DNA of 64,000 bases from Stylophora pistillata (Eukaryota), in assembly GCF_002571385.2 (NCBI RefSeq), contig NW_019218071.1, positions 252,303 through 316,302 on the forward strand, given 5' to 3'. This document shows, piece by piece, positions 63,553 through 64,000 of this stretch (position 1 is the first letter of the stretch; the number at the start of each line of letters is the position of its first letter). Made by a program: the position numbers and the translations under genes. The notes below the pieces were generated by a model. The model did not search any database, was not told the DNA's origin, and worked only from the letters and a program-made list of their open reading frames with translations.

Positions 63553-64000
63553 TATAGTGCTCAACTACACCTACATTTTGCTCGAAGAAAGCAAACATCT
63601 TTTCTCTGGTTTGGAAGTTCTCAACCAATAAAGAACAGTTTTCAACATGACACGACTTTGATATCTCGGCCTCCAACACAAACTTGACACCTGATTGACC
63701 CAACAAATGGAAACCAAACAGCATTGTTCTTGGAAATGTAAATCAAAATAACAGCATCGATTTGAGTCTTCCACGAGAAGGAAACGATGTTAGTGCAGGG
63801 TTATGATGACCCGGGGGGGCCGGAAGTTGAACAAACCAATCTTCAAAGGTTCAAATGCCCGACGGGCTGCCTTGGCAGGGGGTGTTGAAGCTTCGAACTG
63901 ATCGATTCATAATATTAACAAAATCTGCTTTCGGTCATTCTCATCGGAAAGAGAACACTGATGTATCAAGAATCTCAGAGCAGACTATTGTTCTTTCGAA

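Noticed and set aside
1-64000. CRISPR arrays, operons or prokaryotic defence systems
   Set aside because: The sequence is clearly spliced eukaryotic DNA, and no repeat-spacer array is present.

Overview
AT-rich, intron-rich animal genomic DNA. The gene set and repeat landscape point to a cnidarian, most likely a scleractinian coral (inference). It is a draft scaffold with an N gap at 2138-2271 and single Ns at 16806 and 21565. Four + strand protein genes were reconstructed by hand with frame-consistent GT-AG splicing: (1) the last three exons of an unidentified acidic, Ser-rich protein (585-1581); (2) an A20/AN1 zinc-finger ZFAND5/6-like gene (6774-11903, 180 aa); (3) a type II membrane M1 aminopeptidase (15192-31313) with two duplicated first coding exons feeding one catalytic body (974 or 1005 aa), differing in cytoplasmic tail, stalk and N-glycan load; (4) an MCC-like coiled-coil gene (42806-62580, 1121 aa) ending in a PDZ-binding motif. 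Notable mobile DNA: a non-autonomous element with ~560-bp TIRs, a 9-bp TSD and a RecQ helicase remnant (AcademH-like); a 248-nt tRNA-containing unit inserted twice as tandem plus inverted arrays with 12-14-bp TSDs and the same two endpoints; a minimal hammerhead ribozyme in a Penelope-like fragment; a truncated R4/Dong-like retroposon tail beside a (TAA)n tract; and several unrelated long hairpins sharing a CTCG-stem-loop-CTCG apex. No database searches were run, so family assignments rest on motif recognition.
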